This document shows positions 59,848 to 64,000 of a stretch of 64,000 nucleotides of DNA, in pieces (the first letter of the stretch is position 1; every line of letters starts with the position of its first letter). This DNA is from an uncultured Acidimicrobiia bacterium. Lineage in GTDB: Bacteria; Actinomycetota; Acidimicrobiia; IMCC26256; JAENVU01. Below the pieces are notes generated by a model, which searched no databases, was not told the origin of the DNA, and saw only the letters and a program-made list of their open reading frames with translations. The stretch lies in assembly GCA_963820025.1 (NCBI GenBank), contig CAWFYL010000007.1:652421-716420 (forward strand). The letters are read 5' to 3'. The translations under genes were made by a program, and so were the position numbers.

Positions 59848-60611
59848 CGCCGCTCGCACCAGTAGGCGTCCACCCGGTACGGGATCGTGACCCGCTCGCG
59901 CCCGACCGCGAGCGGGTGCGTGTCGAGCACGGCGCGGATCTCGTCGAGCGCCCGCTCCTGCTCGTCGGGCGGCAGCACCGCGATGTGGCTCACCGACCGG
60001 AAGCGGGCGACCACCTGGTCGCGGGTCAGCAGCTGCTCGTGGTGGAAGGTGCCCTCGGCCAGCGCGCCGAACGCGGGGTTCTCGACGAACGCGGACTGGC
60101 TCCACTCATCGTGCTGACGCCACGGGGCTTGCTTCTCGATGCGGTCCATGATCGACCAGAGCCGGTCGACGAGGTCGTTGCTGCGGTCGCGCGCGTTCCA
60201 GATCAGCCCGAGCCGGCCGCCCGGGCGGAGCGCGCGGGCGAACTCGTCGAGCGCGACCGGCGCGTCGAACCAGTGGAAGGCCTGGGCCACGGTGATCGCG
60301 TCGAGCACGGCCGGAGCGAACGGAAGCTGCTCGGCCGTGGACGCGACCAACGGCACCCCCGGGCACGCCGCGGCGAAGCCGGCGCGCATGCCCGGGACCG
60401 GCTCGACGCCGACGAGGCGCGCACCGGTCGGCGTCAGCAGCCGCGTGAGCTTGCCCGTTCCCGCCGCGACGTCCGCCAGCCGCGTGCCGTCGCCGACGCG
60501 CAGGCGATCGACGAGCCACGCGACCGCGTCGGTCGGGTAGCCCGGCCGTGCCTGCTCGTACACCGCGGCACCCTGGTCGAACCCGGTTGCTGCGACCTCG
60601 TGGACGGGCAT
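59844..60611 (-). CDS. Class I SAM-dependent methyltransferase
   Basis: 255 aa. It has LADVAAGTGKLTRLL (motif I) and ALRPGGRLGLIWN. Confidence 0.82.
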   Translation of the reverse strand: MPVHEVAATGFDQGAAVYEQARPGYPTDAVAWLVDRLRVGDGTRLADVAAGTGKLTRLLTPTGARLVGVEPVPGMRAGFAAACPGVPLVASTAEQLPFAPAVLDAITVAQAFHWFDAPVALDEFARALRPGGRLGLIWNARDRSNDLVDRLWSIMDRIEKQAPWRQHDEWSQSAFVENPAFGALAEGTFHHEQLLTRDQVVARFRSVSHIAVLPPDEQERALDEIRAVLDTHPLAVGRERVTIPYRVDAYWCERR

Positions 60612-60701
60612 GGCGCCATGATCGCACGCGCCCTCGAAGCCGCCGGAGGGCCCCGACCGGATCCGACTCGCGGCGGTCGCCCTCCGGAGATCTTCGGAAG
60701 A

Positions 60702-61490
60702 TCAGTCGTGGAGGCCGCACTCCGTCTTGTCGGAGCCCGACCAGCGCCCGGCGCGGGCGTCCTCGCCGTCGGCGACGGGCCGGGTGCAGGGCCAGCAGCC
60801 GATCGAGCTGTAGCCGCGCTCGGCGAGTGGGTGCACGGGGAGGTTGCGGTCCTTGATGTAGCCGGCGACGTCGACGTCGGTCCACGAGGCCAGCGGGTTG
60901 ACCTTCACGAGGCCCCGGCCCACGTCGTAGGACACGATCGGCGCGGTGGCGCGACTCGCCGCCTCGTCCCGGCGCAGGCCGGTCATCCAGGCCGCGCGGC
61001 CGCGGAGCGCACGCTCCAGCGGCTCGACCTTCCGGACCCGGCAGCACTGGTCGGGATCGCTGTGCCACAGGTCGTCGGCGGCGGCCCGCGGGCGCATCAC
61101 CGTCAGGTTCAGGTTGTAGCGGGCGCGCACCTGCTCGACGAACCACAGCGTCTCGGCGAAGTGGTACTGCGTGTCGAGGAACACGACCTCGATGTCGGGG
61201 ACGGCCCGGACCGCGACGTCGATGAGCACGCAGTCCTGGAACGACGCCGCGAGCACGAGGCCGGTGTCGTAGCGCTCGTGCGCCCACTTCACGACCGACG
61301 ACGCGGGCGCCGACTCGAACCCGCGCGAGATCTCGGCCAGCTCGGAGAGCTGGGGGAGGAGCTCGACGGGGGTCGGGGGGACCGCGCCCCGGGTGTCGGG
61401 CACCGTCGGCGGGAAGGCCCGGCTGACCGGGCCCCGCGGATCGGGGTCGACCCCGAGGTCCACGCCCGTGGTGAGGCTCACGTCGCGCAC
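60702..61490 (-). CDS. cysH: Phosphoadenosine phosphosulfate/adenylyl-sulfate reductase (thioredoxin-dependent)
   Basis: 262 aa. Sequence reads ...VLAASFQDCVLIDV...FLDTQYHFAET...CCRVRKVEPL...SIGCWPCT...KTECGLH. Confidence 0.92.
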   Translation of the reverse strand: MRDVSLTTGVDLGVDPDPRGPVSRAFPPTVPDTRGAVPPTPVELLPQLSELAEISRGFESAPASSVVKWAHERYDTGLVLAASFQDCVLIDVAVRAVPDIEVVFLDTQYHFAETLWFVEQVRARYNLNLTVMRPRAAADDLWHSDPDQCCRVRKVEPLERALRGRAAWMTGLRRDEAASRATAPIVSYDVGRGLVKVNPLASWTDVDVAGYIKDRNLPVHPLAERGYSSIGCWPCTRPVADGEDARAGRWSGSDKTECGLHD

Positions 61491-63263
61491 TCGCTGTCAC
61501 CCACCTCGGCGACGTACGGACCCGTCTCGTCGAAGTCGACGTAGTAGTCGGGGCGCTCGTCGGGGGTCGGGAACGCGTCGAGGTCCTTCAGGAGCGTCCC
61601 CACGCCGGCCGCGCCACCGGAGCGTCCGAGCCAGTCCGAGAAGGTCTCCCCGGCCGTGCGCTCGTTGGCGAACTTCCCGACGACCCGCACGACGCCTTCG
61701 GCGGCGGCCTTCGCCGGCAGCTTGGACGCCTTCTCGCCGAACGCGATCTCCATGTTGCCGACATGGCCGCCGAGCAGCATCTGGTAACCGGGCGCGGACT
61801 TCCCGTGCGCGCGGCGCTCGATCCCGAGGAAGCCGATGTCCGAGATGTGGTGCTGGCCGCAGGAGTTGGTGCAGCCCGAGATGTTGATGCGCACGCCGCC
61901 GACCTCGGCCAGGCCGGCCTCGTCGAGGGCACGTCCGATGTCGGAGGCGAGCCCCCGGGACTGCGTGACCGCGATGTTGCACGTGTCCGCACCGGGGCAG
62001 CTCACGACGTCGCGAGCGAGCTCGACGCCTGGCTCGTGCATGTCGTACTCGCGCAGACGATCGTGGAGCTCCGGCAGCTGGTCCTCGCGCAGGCCCCGCA
62101 GCACGAAGTTCTGTCGGTTCGTGATGCGGACGTCGAGGGCGAAGTCGCGCTGGATCTGCGCGAGACCGCGGAACTGGTCGGTCGTGATGTCGCCGAGCTT
62201 GCAGTAGGCGTACACGCTCACGGTGCCGTTGGCCCGGCCCCGCACGACGTTCGCCATGTCCCACCGGCGGTAGTCGTCCAGGCCGCGCAGCTCGACCGGC
62301 ACGCCGCCGTCCGCTGCGACCGAAGTGCCGACGCCGGCCGGCGCGTCGCCGCGCTCCTCGACGATCGCGGGCAGGCCCGGACCCGGGTAGCTCGCCGACG
62401 CGCGCAGGAACTTGCGCTCCTTGGTGATCCGCTCGCGCAGCTCCTCGATGCCCATCGTGTCGACCAGCCACTTCATGCGGGCCCGCAGCTTGTTGTCACG
62501 GTTGCCGTAGTGGTCGAACGTGCGCAGGCACGCCTCGACCGTCGGCAGCAGGTCCTCACGGCTGGTGAAGTCCTCGAGCGCCTGCGCCGGGTGGGGCGTG
62601 GTGCCGAGGCCGCCGGCCAGGAAGACCTTGAAGCCGGGCTCGAGCGAGCCATCCGGGCGGGGGCGGGTGAGCGCGATCACTCCGACGTCGTTGAACATCG
62701 CCTGACCACAATCGGTCGCGCAGCCGGAGAAGTTGACCTTGAATTTCGCGCGGCAGGCGCTGGGCGATCGGGTTGCGGAGGAAGAGGTCGGTCACGGCCT
62801 GGGCCCACGGGGTGATGTCGAGGACCTCGAACGGGCACGCGCCGGCGAGGTGGCAGCCGGCCACGTTGCGGACGGTGTCGCCGCAGGCCTCGCGGCTCGT
62901 GAGGCCGACGGACCCGAGCAGCCGGAGCACGTCCGGGACGTCGCGGAGCTGGACGAAGTGGAACTGGGTGTTCTGGCGGGTCGTCAGGTGGCCCCAGCCG
63001 CGGGAGTACTCGGTGGCGATCGTCCCGAGGACCTCGAGCTGCTCGGGGGTGACCCGGCCGTGGGGGATCTTCACCCGCACCATCTGGTTGGTGCCGCCCT
63101 GGCGCTGGCCGTAGATGCCCTGGTTGAGCCGCATCACCCGGAAGACGTCCTCCGGGAGGTCGCCCGCGAGGTACTCCTCGACCGCGGTCTCGAAATGGTC
63201 GATCTCGTCGGCCACCTCGGGATCGAGGGGGCGGGCTCTCAGCGCTTCGAGGTTGATGGCCAC
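61478..63263 (-). CDS. sir: Ferredoxin-dependent sulfite reductase (NirA/SirA hemoprotein); one frame break in the sequence as given
   Basis: The N-terminal part is in ORF 62556..63263 (...RLNQGIYGQRQGGTNQMVRVKIPHGRVTPEQL...TTRQNTQFHF...REACGDTVRNV...RNPIAQRLPR). It continues as KFKVNFSGCATDCGQAMFNDVGVIA... in the frame of ORF 61478..62698 (...SCPGADTCNIA...ISGCTNSCGQHH). There is an extra base at ~62747. Confidence 0.88.
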
Positions 63264-63627
63264 GGCGGATCCTCAGCAGGTCGAGGGTTGGCCCCGGATC
63301 GGGCGGCGCGCGGCGCGTCTGCTCCGGGTCGGGGACCGAGGGAAGGGGGAGCGCGCTCAGGCGCGACCCAGGCCCGCGCGCCGACACAGCTCGTCCGTCA
63401 CCTCGTGGGGGGTGCGGCCTTGAGCGATGCTCGGGGCTCCGTGGGACCGGATCACGTCCAGGAGAGTAACGATTCCGTCCCCGAAATGCCAGTGTTCTGG
63501 TCGGGAATAAATCCGACAGGACTTGTCGAGGTTCACGCGGAGCCCGTGGTTCCGGGCTCCGGCCCGAAGTCACATCGGTCTTCAGGACCGCCTCGGTAGC
63601 CTCTCGGAGATGTCGACCGGTCGAGTC

Positions 63628-64000
63628 ATGCGGATGTCGGAGCTGTTCCTGCGCACCCTGCGCGACGACCCGGCCGACGCCGAGCTGGACAGCCACCGGC
63701 TCCTGGTCCGGGGCGGCTTCATCCGCCGGGTGGCCTCCGGCGTCTACTCCTGGCTCCCGCTGGGAAACCGGGTGCTGCGCAAGGTCGAGCAGATCGTCCG
63801 GGAGGAGATGGACGCGGCCGGGGCCCAGGAGACGGTCCTGCCGATCGTCCAGCCGCTCGAGCTCTGGGAGCGCAGTGGGCGGGATGCCGCCTACGGGCCG
63901 ATGATGTTCCGGCTCCAGGACCGCAAGGAGACGCGGTTCTGCCTCGCGCCCACCGCGGAGGAGGTCGTGACGACGTTGGTCGCGGCGGAGTACTCGTCGT
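63628..64000 (+). CDS. proS: Proline--tRNA ligase, N-terminal part (runs off the window)
   Basis: Own translation: [68 protein letters not shown]...[10 protein letters not shown]. Alternative ATGs lie at 63610 and 63634. Confidence 0.88.
   Translation, partial: MRMSELFLRTLRDDPADAELDSHRLLVRGGFIRRVASGVYSWLPLGNRVLRKVEQIVREEMDAAGAQETVLPIVQPLELWERSGRDAAYGPMMFRLQDRKETRFCLAPTAEEVVTTLVAAEYSS

Overview
This is a very GC-rich actinobacterial chromosome segment, and it is almost entirely conserved housekeeping genes. Gene order is GH2-galK, galT, pckG, rpmB-DAK2-recG, rsmD-coaD-yceD-rpmF-plsX-acpP-rnc-mutM-smc-mscS-ftsY-ffh-rpsP-KH-rimM-trmD-rplS-DUF2469-yraN, dprA-comM (minus strand), xerC-whiG-M23-hydrolase-PQQ-rpsB-tsf-pyrH-frr-cdsA-dxr-rip1-ispG, gatD-murT, cysH-sir and the start of proS. 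I found no rRNA, tRNA, CRISPR array, transposase, prophage or recognisable defence system, and I do not think a novel multi-gene system is demonstrable here. Many long Arg/Pro-rich ORFs in the supplied track are shadow frames of real genes. Four things deserve a second look. (1) At least 18 inferred single-base frame breaks hit 12 conserved genes, including essential ones (ftsY, rpsP, murT). pckG has three closely spaced compensating shifts and no in-frame stop. This most likely reflects indel errors in the assembly rather than biology, and it affects every gene call. (2) A small accessory patch at 21.6-23.9 kb holds a decayed DUF222/HNH gene next to a secreted protein built from three ~100-110 aa repeats of unknown function. 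(3) A translationally coupled M23 peptidase, lipase-like hydrolase and beta-propeller operon sits between whiG and rpsB. (4) There are several tiny zinc-ribbon or membrane ORFs, nested palindromic hairpins, a long acidic N-terminal extension on CdsA and a short-armed SMC. Coordinates for starts, small ORFs and frame junctions come from my own reading of the sequence. All family assignments are motif-level recognition, not database searches.
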